From Planctomycetota bacterium (lineage in GTDB: Bacteria > Planctomycetota > UBA8108 > SXIK01), in contig OZ244999.1 in the NCBI GenBank assembly GCA_965223265.1, positions 7,008,001 to 7,072,000 of the forward strand: a stretch of DNA of 64,000 nucleotides, given 5' to 3'. Shown piece by piece: positions 55,653 to 64,000 of this stretch. Made by a program: the position numbers and the translations under genes. Below the pieces are notes generated by a model that was not told the DNA's origin, ran no database searches, and was given only the letters and a program-made list of their open reading frames with translations. How positions within the stretch are numbered: position 1 is the first letter of the stretch; each line of letters starts with the position of its first letter.

Positions 55653-58600
55653 ATGAGGTCGCGGACGAACGTTTCGATTCGGTGCGGATTAGCGCTAGGG
55701 CTCGCGCTGTTTGCGAGCTCTGAGAGCGCGTGGTGCGCCCGCGCGTTCGAGTTCTCGTTCGCTGCCCCCGAGAGGGTCGTGGATGCTGCTGGCACCCTCG
55801 TGACGATCAACGCCACGGTTCTCATCGCGGCGGCAGGAGTCGAGTCGGAGGCGGAGTCGATCGAAGCGTGGTCGATGGGGATCCGGATCACGGGCTGCAG
55901 TGTCAGCGGAATCGAGACGAGTGCGACGTTCAGCGACGCAGGGACCGTCGATTTCGTCTCCGCTCGTCGTCGCGCGGGCGACATCGCGCTCGCCGTGGTG
56001 CTCGATGTCGCTGGCGATGGCGCCGCGCCGACACTGCCAGTAGGCACGGGTCCTTATCCCGTCCTTGGCGTGACCCTGGAGGCTGAGGTCCCGACCACGA
56101 CCGACTGCAATTCGTGCCGCCTTGAGTTCGCGGGGGACGTCCGCATCGACGGCCAGGCGATCAAGAACGTCGTCACCGCGAGCGGGCAGAGCTTCGCGCC
56201 GCTGCTGTCCACAAAAACGATCCGTCTCGAGGCGCCCCCTGAACCCGCACAACCACCGATCGAGCTGACCGCATCGGAGACCGAGTTGACGTCGACTCTC
56301 GACGCCTGTCGCCGCGATCTGCGCTCTCGCTTCACGCTGCCGCCGCCGACTGCTGGTGAGTTGCCCCCTCCTGTGCTGCTTCGACTCGCGTCAGGCGATC
56401 CTTTCAGCTCGGTCGCGCTGTATGCGCGGTGGGACGAGGAAGCGACACCGATCGAGTTCGACGCCGCGCGCGACGAGCGGGGGCAGTCACAAACCCAGCT
56501 GGTGATTCCGCTCACTCGGCTTGGCACGCTCCACGTGCTCGTTCAGCGGACCGATCCGGGCGGCTCTGCGGCCGAAGTGACACTCACGGCGCGCACGGCC
56601 GCGCTTCTTCTCGAGAGCATAACACCAGCGCTCGTCGCCGAGGAGTCGACCGTGACAGCGACGCTTCGCGGCGGCGGCTTCGACGCTGGGTTCTCGAATT
56701 TTGCGCTGCTCCATCCCGATGGGGCCACGCTGACACCAACGCGCGTGCGCATCGTCTCTGCCGATCGTGCTGAAGCAACGTTCGATCTGAACGGCGCCCC
56801 GCGTGGCGACTACACGGTGAAGGTGAGCGATCCATCTGGCGAGATCGTTGACACCCTCGAAGAGCGGCTCCGCGTCGGCGCGCGCTCGGAACTCTTTGGA
56901 CTCGAACTCGAGCTTTTCGGACAGAGTCGCTACGAAATCGCCACCGACGAAGGTGAGCTTCTTCAACATCGCTTGACCCTTGCATACCGCAACGTCTCGA
57001 ATGCACCGATGAACGCGCCGCTCTTTCGAGTCAGGGCGCCGTTCGGGACGCGCCTTCGACTCGAAAGCGAGACGCCCTTTCAAGACGAAGAGCTACTCAT
57101 CCTCGGTATTGACCCAAACGGTGCAGCAGGCGAGCTCGCGCCAGGCGCAGGCAGAGAGGTCGCGCTCGTCTTCGTGAGCGAACGCGTTGGCGATGCATCG
57201 CGCTTCGACGTCGAACTCTTCACGCCCACGGCCGGAGACTTCGTCGGTTGGCAGGCACTCGCGGCGCCGCTCGGTGTCGAGACCGCGACTTGGCTTGGGC
57301 TCGTGCCTCGTCTGTCGGAATTTTTCGGACCGACCTGGGAATCGTTTCACCAGCGCTTAGGGGAGCTGGCGACGCGACTGACGCCGCGCGGTCTGGACAG
57401 TGCATCGGTACTAGCCCTGCTGCAGTTCGCTGTGGACGAAGCAGCTGGCGAACCGAGCGCTGCCATCGTCGGGCAAGTGATCGACACGAGTGGCGCTCCC
57501 GTCGGCAACACCGCGATTGGGGCGTTCGATGGAGCCCAGTTGACCGCGCGCTCAACGACCGATGGCGCCGGCACCTTCGCCCTCGAGTGCCTCTCCCCAG
57601 CGACCACGTACGATGTTCGAGTCGACGGCTTCACCCCGGCGACGACGGTCTTCGTGCCGGTCGATCGCGATGCGTTCGCCCAGCTCCTCACCGTCGGCCC
57701 CGGGGGAGACAGCATCGCCAGCAGCGGCGCCAACTGCGGCGTGGCGAACGGGGAATTGGGACTTAGCCCTCGAGAGCCGATCGTCCCGCCCTCACGTCTC
57801 TTCACGCCGCTCTTCACGTTCCACACCGACCTCGTCGGCGCGATCGACCCGAACGAGAAGGACGGTCCGTCCGGTGAAGGCGAACTGGGTTGCGTCGACC
57901 TACCGCCGCCACCTGGCACCGAAGGGTTTCGCCGAGGCGGCTGCGTCGGACCAGACTCCAGGCTCTTCTTCACCATTCACTTCGAGAACGTCGGCAACGC
58001 GCCTGCACGTCGCGTCACGATCGTCGACACCTTGGATGAAACCATCGACCTCTCGACCGTGCGATTGCTCGACTTCAGCTTGGCGAACAAGCCGCCGCCG
58101 GTGTCACTCGACATGCAGGCGATTGATCGCTTCAGTGGCTACCTGAGCTCACCGTCAAGCGAACGCTTCAGCCTCACGACGACGAACCAGTACGAGCACG
58201 AGTGGCCGTTCGATTCGGGAACCATCCGCCGGCCCACAGTACAGACCGATGCGACGATTGACCTCGAAACGCGCTCCATCGTCTGGGAGTTTCGCACGCT
58301 TTCGGAGGATGGGGAGCCACTCTCCGTCGACGATGGGTTTCTCCTACCGGGTGGGCAAGGATCGGTCTCGTTCGTCGCGCGCGCCGACGCCGTCGAGGGC
58401 GACGATGTCCTCAACCGCGCCGTGATCATCTTCGACGGCCTCGTCGGCCAGGCGATTGCCACCAACGGCACAGCCAATCGCTTTAGCGAGTTTCTCCCGG
58501 CGGCGCCGCCGCAAAACCCCATCCCGGCAGACGGCGCCACGGTCAGCACGTCCACGCCACTTCTTTGGCAAGCGTCACAGCACGCGTTCTTCTACGACGT

Positions 58601-59351
58601 CTTCCTGTGGGTCGAGGGGACACCACCTGCCGCGATGCCGCTCGGATTCGACTTGCCCTCGCCGAGCTTTCGACCGGACGCGCTCCTCGCCGAAACCAAC
58701 TACATCTGGCGCGTCGATGCCATCAACCTCCGCGGCGACCGTACACCGGGGCCAGAGTGGCGTTTCCGCACTGAGTCCGCTCCTCCTTGCCCCGGAGCAC
58801 CTGCAGGGCTGACAGTCGCCCTGAACGAACGCTGCGAAGCTCCGCTTCTGAGCTGGGAGGAATCACCGAACGCGCGTGCGTATACTGTCGCGGTTCGCCA
58901 AGCGGACGAGCTCGTCGCTCTCGTTCAAGGAGTGACGGAGAACTCTTACCGCCTCGCGTCACTGCCTCCGGGAGATTACTCCTGGTCAGTGATCGCACTC
59001 GGTGAGAGTTGCCCATTCGGCAGCGAAGTCAGCGAGAGCGCGCCCCTGGCCGTGTCGGTGTGCGGTTTTCGCCGCGGCGACGTCAACGCGGACGGTGGCA
59101 AAGACATCAGTGACGCCATCGCGCTGCTCAATCACCTCTTCGTCGCCGGCTTCGACGCGCCGCCCTGCTCTAAAGCGGCTGACGTCAACGACGACGGTTC
59201 TGTCGACATCTCCGACGCCATTGCATGCCTCAATCATCTCTTCGTCGCCGATTCGCCAGCGCCATCGTTTCCGAGTGGAAACTGCGGTAGCGACCCAACG
59301 CCGGACGCACTTCTGTGTGAACGGTTCGATCCTTGCGGCCACGTGCCATGA
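55653..59351 (+). CDS. Large secreted multidomain protein: cohesin-like, PPC/IPT/Ig-like, DPNEK-type (DUF7619-like), FN3-like and dockerin-like domains
   Basis: Signal peptide, N-terminal beta sandwich (IEAWSMGI...LEFAG...NVV), GAIDPNEKDGP...FTIHFENVGNAPA, YIWRVDAIN...GPEWRFRT and FRRGDVNADGGKDISDA...DVNDDGSVDISDA. Confidence 0.82.
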   Translation: MRSRTNVSIRCGLALGLALFASSESAWCARAFEFSFAAPERVVDAAGTLVTINATVLIAAAGVESEAESIEAWSMGIRITGCSVSGIETSATFSDAGTVDFVSARRRAGDIALAVVLDVAGDGAAPTLPVGTGPYPVLGVTLEAEVPTTTDCNSCRLEFAGDVRIDGQAIKNVVTASGQSFAPLLSTKTIRLEAPPEPAQPPIELTASETELTSTLDACRRDLRSRFTLPPPTAGELPPPVLLRLASGDPFSSVALYARWDEEATPIEFDAARDERGQSQTQLVIPLTRLGTLHVLVQRTDPGGSAAEVTLTARTAALLLESITPALVAEESTVTATLRGGGFDAGFSNFALLHPDGATLTPTRVRIVSADRAEATFDLNGAPRGDYTVKVSDPSGEIVDTLEERLRVGARSELFGLELELFGQSRYEIATDEGELLQHRLTLAYRNVSNAPMNAPLFRVRAPFGTRLRLESETPFQDEELLILGIDPNGAAGELAPGAGREVALVFVSERVGDASRFDVELFTPTAGDFVGWQALAAPLGVETATWLGLVPRLSEFFGPTWESFHQRLGELATRLTPRGLDSASVLALLQFAVDEAAGEPSAAIVGQVIDTSGAPVGNTAIGAFDGAQLTARSTTDGAGTFALECLSPATTYDVRVDGFTPATTVFVPVDRDAFAQLLTVGPGGDSIASSGANCGVANGELGLSPREPIVPPSRLFTPLFTFHTDLVGAIDPNEKDGPSGEGELGCVDLPPPPGTEGFRRGGCVGPDSRLFFTIHFENVGNAPARRVTIVDTLDETIDLSTVRLLDFSLANKPPPVSLDMQAIDRFSGYLSSPSSERFSLTTTNQYEHEWPFDSGTIRRPTVQTDATIDLETRSIVWEFRTLSEDGEPLSVDDGFLLPGGQGSVSFVARADAVEGDDVLNRAVIIFDGLVGQAIATNGTANRFSEFLPAAPPQNPIPADGATVSTSTPLLWQASQHAFFYDVFLWVEGTPPAAMPLGFDLPSPSFRPDALLAETNYIWRVDAINLRGDRTPGPEWRFRTESAPPCPGAPAGLTVALNERCEAPLLSWEESPNARAYTVAVRQADELVALVQGVTENSYRLASLPPGDYSWSVIALGESCPFGSEVSESAPLAVSVCGFRRGDVNADGGKDISDAIALLNHLFVAGFDAPPCSKAADVNDDGSVDISDAIACLNHLFVADSPAPSFPSGNCGSDPTPDALLCERFDPCGHVP

Positions 59352-59448
59352 AGCACAAAGTAGAAGACACACTCCTGTGTGCGTTAGCCTCGAGTTTGGC
59401 TGAGGAAGAGCGGGCGACGCCACCACTTGCGTCGAGAAAGAACGTTTT

Positions 59449-60063
59449 TTGAACGCACAAAACAGCGAACAGGGAACCACGACCGCGCAGCTCGTCGCCG
59501 CGGCACAGAAAGGAAGCAAGAGCGCAATCGACGGCCTCTTTCGCCGCCACGCGCCGACGGTTCGGCGCATCGTCGCGCTGCGCATGGGTCAGCCCGTGCA
59601 CAGCATGAGCGGGTTCGACGACATCGCCCAAGAGGCGATGCTCAAGGTGTTTCAGAGTCTCGACGGCTTTGAGTATCGCTCCGAGGGCAGCTTTCGCAAC
59701 TTTCTCGCCACCTGCGTCAGAAGTGCGATCGCCGACTACCATCGAGTCGCCAATGCCCACAAACGTGGTGGCGGCCGAGTGCGAGTCTTCGCAGAATGCG
59801 GCACCGAGTCACTCTCAGCGTCACTGTTTCGCGGTCACGATCCGTCGCCGAGCGAAGTCGTTCGTGCCAAGGAGTTCGAGGCGCGTCTCGAAGAGGCCCT
59901 GCTTGAGCTCGACGAACACCATCGCGAGGTCATCATCCTACGCAAGATTCTCCAGCTGGATTACGCGGACGTGGCGCGAGAGCTCGGGTTCGAGAAGGAA
60001 GCGACCGCACGCCAGGTCTGCAAGCGCGCACTGGCGAAGCTGCGGAGTAAGCTCGGTTTGTGA
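59449..60063 (+). CDS. ECF sigma-70 factor (Planctomycete subfamily)
   Basis: DDIAQEA, FEYRSEGSFRNFL, AHKRGGG, SPSEVV, LDEHHREVIILR...DYADVARELG. Confidence 0.9.
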   Translation: MNAQNSEQGTTTAQLVAAAQKGSKSAIDGLFRRHAPTVRRIVALRMGQPVHSMSGFDDIAQEAMLKVFQSLDGFEYRSEGSFRNFLATCVRSAIADYHRVANAHKRGGGRVRVFAECGTESLSASLFRGHDPSPSEVVRAKEFEARLEEALLELDEHHREVIILRKILQLDYADVARELGFEKEATARQVCKRALAKLRSKLGL

Positions 60064-60113
60064 CGCGTATACCTATGGGTAGGTGACGACCAGGCGGATC
60101 CCAGGGAGCCCTT

Positions 60114-63100
60114 CTAACGATCCTCAGTCGTAGCTTCAGCCACAAGCCGCACGCCGAGGTACCCATTCGTCCGCTCGGGCAGCATCGAGTTGCGGCTGCT
60201 GGCGCGGAAGAACCAGTCGTCCTCGACGGTGCCCCAGCTGCCGCCGCGGTAGACGAAGAGATTTGAATCCTCGCGCGGGCGCCCTGTAGTGTGCTCTGAG
60301 ACCGAGCCGGCGAGATCTCGCACACCGAAGACGCTCTCGTCGAATGAGGCGAATCCCAGCCACTGCGGCCGCGCCCCACTCGCACCGTGGGGGCGCGGCA
60401 GGCCAAGGCCGGAAACGCAGAAGCTCGGGATACTAAAGCTCCCCCAAACGTACGTGCGCCGATCCACGCCGCGCGCGGCGCGCTCCCACTCGAGGTCGGT
60501 CGGCAGCCGAAAACGCCAGCGGCCGCCGCTGCGCTGCGTGCGCCACGCCGCGTACTCTTCGGCGGCGTAGTGACAAATCCCGAGAGCCGGCCAGCCGCTC
60601 TCGATCGCCGCATTCCATTCCCAACGCCGCGTCGCGTCATTCCACACAGCCTGCGTCTTGTGGAACGCCGGAATGCGAACCCCTTCGCGCCCGCGGCGAG
60701 CCAAGTCTTCGAGGACACTCTTGGACGTCGGTCGCATCATGCCACCGCGATCGATGCGCGGCGCAACAGCGGGATCGTTCAGAAACTCAAGCCACTCTTG
60801 ATTGGACACTTCGTAGCGCGAGAAAAAGCACGCTGGCAAATCGAATTCGCCGTAGGCGAGGCTCTGAAAGGCATCGCGGTCACCGCCGGTGGCGACGCGA
60901 CCAGCCGGCAGATGGACGAATCCCGCTGGAATCTGATCCGACCTCAGAAGGTTCAGGCTTAGTGTCGGTTCCTCGTCCGCTGGGATGGAAACCGGCAACC
61001 GCGCATCGACGTACCCTGGGTGCTGGGCAACGAACAGATAGTTCCCCGGCGGCAGAGTCACCTCCGACACCGCCGCGCCTTGTGTCGCGCCAAGTCGATT
61101 GACCGCCGAGCACACAATGGGGTACGCGGCAAACTCAACGCCGAACTGAACCCACGGCTGGACAAGCGTCCTTGCATCCTGCTCGTCGAAACCGTGGCGT
61201 CGTGTACGCGCGACGGCCTCTGTGCTGAAGGGCGTCCAGATGATCTCAACCTTGCTCTGCTGACGAACCACTTCGACGTCGACCGAGGCGTCAACGTCGA
61301 CGGCCAGGAGCACCGCGGCGAGTTGAGTCAGTGACTCGACTGCGGTCGTGCCGATGCGCACGACGCGGTCGCCGCGCTGAAACGGCGTACGCCCGGAGTC
61401 TTCCACGCGCCGAACCGTCAGCCCTGGAGTGCCTCCAGCTGCAGCCGAAACATCTGCCGCATCCGATCCGTCTCGACTCGGATCCAGCGGCTGAAAAGGT
61501 CGCGGCACCCATCGCAGCTCTTCGGGATGTTCCTCATAGCGAAAGCAGAAGAGTGCTGCGCCGGGCGGCTCGGTAACGATGCGAACGCGCTGAGGGCCGG
61601 CGACGGAACCGGCATAATTCTGCGCCATCGAGGCGTAAAATTCGCGCGGTCGAAACACGCCACCCTGGGCGCTCGCGTCCCGATAGAGCTGTGTGTAAAT
61701 CTCGCGGAGCTCATCCTCGACTCGCACCTGCACCTGAGAGCCGACTGGCGCACTCAGCGCGGCCCTCTCGTGAGTGAAGAGAGCTGCGTTGAGATGGACA
61801 TCCTTCTGCTGGTGCGCCGCGCGCCATCGTCGCCAGGCGGTCGCTTCCGCCTGGCGACGCCATATCGGTTCCCAGGCACGTCCTGCGGCCGCCCGGCGAC
61901 GCCTCGCAGTACGCCAGGCGTCTTCGTGTCGCCGTTCGTTCGCACGTGTCACGTTGTAGCGCTCGAGTTCCTTGGCAGCTTTGGCGAGAAGCGTCGCGGC
62001 GTACAGAGACTGAAGCTCGACAACGCTTTCGCGCCTCGGACTGCGCTCGCGCAGCGCTGCTAACTTCGCCTCCGCAGCAGCCAGCTGCGACTCTGACGCG
62101 TCACCGCTCGAGTCGTCGTCGCTCGTCATGGCCCCCGACACGGCTCCCGACACTACGGCTTCGTTCGCTGAGCGCAGGAGCGAACGAACCTCGGCGTCGA
62201 GTCGCGCCAACTCACGCTCTCTCGCCACCGCGAAAACACCCGCGCCGAGGAGGACAACCGCTACCCCGACCGCCAACAACGCCGCGGCAAATCGATGACG
62301 CACGATGAACTTTCGGCACCGATACGACAGAGCTGGAGGACCCGCGACGACCGCTTCGCCGCTCAAGTACGCAGCGATGTCGCAGGAAAGTTCGGACACG
62401 CTTGAGTAGCGACGCGTACGGTCTTTCTCCAGAGACTTGAGGACGATCCAATCGAGTTCTCCGCGCAACTGACGCGAGAGCGAGCGTGGATCGGTTCGTC
62501 GTTCGCTGGCGAAATCGTCTTGCTGATCCTGCGAACAGCAGAGGAGACTCGGCGTCTTCGGGTCTTCGTGCAAGACGACTCGGACGAACTCTTCCAGATC
62601 GAATGGCCGTGAGAACTCGAACGGTCGCCGTCCTGTCAACAGTTCGTAGAGAAGAACACCGAGCGAGTAGACGTCGGCCCGCCGATCCACCGCGCCTTTG
62701 CCACCACGTAGCTGTTCCGGCGCCATGTAGGCGGGCGTACCCACCGGCTGACCGGTTTGCGTCACGATAGCATCGTCAGTGAGGGCGCCGCCGACCGCCT
62801 TAACGAGCCCGAAGTCGATGACCTTCGGCACGGGTGCGTCGACGTCGACCGTCGTGATGAGCACGTTACCTGGCTTCAGATCACGGTGCACAATGCCTTT
62901 TTCGTGAGCGTGCTGAACCGCTTCACAGACGCGAAGAAAAAGCTCAAGGCGTCCACGAATCGTCAGACGATGGCGGCGGCAGTGGTCAGTGATCGCCTCG
63001 CCGTCGACGTATTCCATGACAACGTAGGGCTGGCCGGACTCGCTAGTGCCAGCGTCGAACACCTGGGCGATGTAGGGGTGATTCATGAGTGCGAGAGCCT

Positions 63101-63503
63101 GGCACTCAGTCTCGAAACGCGCCAGGACTTCGCTCGACGGCAACGCAGAGCGCAAGACCTTCAGCGCCACCCGGCGGCGAGGTTTCGCCTGTTGCGCCAG
63201 ATAAACTTCACCGAAGCCGCCGGCTCCCAGCGGCGCGACGACCTCGTACTGATTCAGCTTCCAACCGGCGTCGAGCAGGAAATCGTCCGTGAAGGAAACG
63301 TCCGCGCTCGCGACGCCGGCCCCGGGCGCCTGCCCATGCGCCGAGTGCAGTGCCTCTAGCCCGAGCGCCAGCTCAGGCTTCTGCTCTGCCTTGAAGGCCG
63401 AAAAGCTGATCGACTCGCCGCGCGCGCGTCGCTGCAAGAACTCGCGGTAAGCAGATTCAACGGTGTGATCGGCGGGATGCTGGCCACTGGTCGATTCAGT
63501 CAC
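60114..63503 (-). CDS. Hanks-type Ser/Thr kinase with TM helix, PEGA/PDZ-like region and C-terminal FGE-sulfatase (SUMF1-like) domain
   Basis: GAGGFGEV, VALK, HRDLKPGN, DFG, GTPAYMAPE, and C-terminal RYEVSN...FRLPTDLEWERAARG...FGVRDLAGSVSE...RGGSW...GVRLV. Confidence 0.93.
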   Translation of the reverse strand: MTESTSGQHPADHTVESAYREFLQRRARGESISFSAFKAEQKPELALGLEALHSAHGQAPGAGVASADVSFTDDFLLDAGWKLNQYEVVAPLGAGGFGEVYLAQQAKPRRRVALKVLRSALPSSEVLARFETECQALALMNHPYIAQVFDAGTSESGQPYVVMEYVDGEAITDHCRRHRLTIRGRLELFLRVCEAVQHAHEKGIVHRDLKPGNVLITTVDVDAPVPKVIDFGLVKAVGGALTDDAIVTQTGQPVGTPAYMAPEQLRGGKGAVDRRADVYSLGVLLYELLTGRRPFEFSRPFDLEEFVRVVLHEDPKTPSLLCCSQDQQDDFASERRTDPRSLSRQLRGELDWIVLKSLEKDRTRRYSSVSELSCDIAAYLSGEAVVAGPPALSYRCRKFIVRHRFAAALLAVGVAVVLLGAGVFAVARERELARLDAEVRSLLRSANEAVVSGAVSGAMTSDDDSSGDASESQLAAAEAKLAALRERSPRRESVVELQSLYAATLLAKAAKELERYNVTRANERRHEDAWRTARRRRAAAGRAWEPIWRRQAEATAWRRWRAAHQQKDVHLNAALFTHERAALSAPVGSQVQVRVEDELREIYTQLYRDASAQGGVFRPREFYASMAQNYAGSVAGPQRVRIVTEPPGAALFCFRYEEHPEELRWVPRPFQPLDPSRDGSDAADVSAAAGGTPGLTVRRVEDSGRTPFQRGDRVVRIGTTAVESLTQLAAVLLAVDVDASVDVEVVRQQSKVEIIWTPFSTEAVARTRRHGFDEQDARTLVQPWVQFGVEFAAYPIVCSAVNRLGATQGAAVSEVTLPPGNYLFVAQHPGYVDARLPVSIPADEEPTLSLNLLRSDQIPAGFVHLPAGRVATGGDRDAFQSLAYGEFDLPACFFSRYEVSNQEWLEFLNDPAVAPRIDRGGMMRPTSKSVLEDLARRGREGVRIPAFHKTQAVWNDATRRWEWNAAIESGWPALGICHYAAEEYAAWRTQRSGGRWRFRLPTDLEWERAARGVDRRTYVWGSFSIPSFCVSGLGLPRPHGASGARPQWLGFASFDESVFGVRDLAGSVSEHTTGRPREDSNLFVYRGGSWGTVEDDWFFRASSRNSMLPERTNGYLGVRLVAEATTEDR

Positions 63504-63698
63504 GACGATCTGAGCACGATGTTGGTGTTGGCAGCTCGTTGAAAGTCATTCGACCGAGCGAAGAGCACGGTCTGCGGTCGCGGCTCGAAGCGGGCCACCC
63601 ATTGAGACTATCCTTGCGGTGCCGAGTCGGCTAACTTTTTGGACGTCTTTTCGCATCACACGAAAGCGAATCAAATCCAAACGAAACAGAGAAACGTC

Positions 63699-64000
63699 AT
63701 GCAAAAGGTCTTCGTACCTGAGCCGATTGCGGCGAGCGGCCTCGATCTTCTTAAAAAACACTTCGAGTGCGTCGCGCCGTGGGAGGAAGCCGGTGTCAGC
63801 AATGGTCCGCTGAGCAGTCTGAGTCAGAAAGAGCTTCTCTACGATGCGGAAGCAGTCATCGTGCGGCTCTTCAAAGTCACAGCAGGCGACCTCGATGGGG
63901 CTAGCAAGTTGAAGGTGATCGTCAAACACGGCGTCGGTGTCGACAGCATCGACGTCAAGGCAGCCACCGAAAAGGGTATCCCAGTCGCCTACACGCCGAC
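63699..64000 (+). CDS. D-2-hydroxyacid / phosphoglycerate dehydrogenase family (partial)
   Basis: Manual translation MQKVFVPEPIAASGLDLL...LKVIVKHGVGVDSIDVKAATEKGIPVAYTP. Runs off the window. Confidence 0.85.
   Translation, partial: MQKVFVPEPIAASGLDLLKKHFECVAPWEEAGVSNGPLSSLSQKELLYDAEAVIVRLFKVTAGDLDGASKLKVIVKHGVGVDSIDVKAATEKGIPVAYTP

Noticed and set aside
33401-59351. Cellulosome interpretation of the dockerin-like proteins
   Set aside because: None carries a recognisable glycoside hydrolase domain and no multi-cohesin scaffoldin is present in the window.
60114-60400. FGE/C-type-lectin C-terminus as a diversity-generating retroelement target
   Set aside because: I found no template repeat or reverse transcriptase in the window.

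Overview
High-GC chromosomal window, most likely from a member of the Planctomycetota. This is inferred from three DUF1501 genes, two PSD1/PSCyt cytochrome c genes, a PVC-type CxxCH dehydrogenase-like gene and two ECF sigma/Hanks kinase pairs. I found no rRNA, tRNA, CRISPR array, transposase or phage gene by eye. There are about 40 CDSs, covering secreted and surface proteins, a minor-pilin-like operon, MscK, sugar and sulfur catabolic genes and signalling modules. Most notable: (1) a PilX-like protein with a ~200-aa insertion whose two halves are mirror-complementary PVY/DHY repeats, predicting one giant two-stranded beta-ribbon of roughly 30 nm; (2) four secreted proteins with a Cys-flanked dockerin-like module, twice placed where other phyla use PEP-CTERM, autotransporter or T9SS sorting signals, one also with a cohesin-like domain; (3) a protein of seven Kunitz-like repeats with mostly acidic P1 residues; (4) an identical ECF-type promoter motif on both strands between two divergent dockerin genes, upstream of an ECF sigma gene; (5) IS-end/GTAG-REP hybrid miniature elements sitting in or beside CACG-type hexamer microsatellites; (6) an unannotated 40-aa lipoprotein-like ORF. 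All family calls come from reading motifs, not from database searches.
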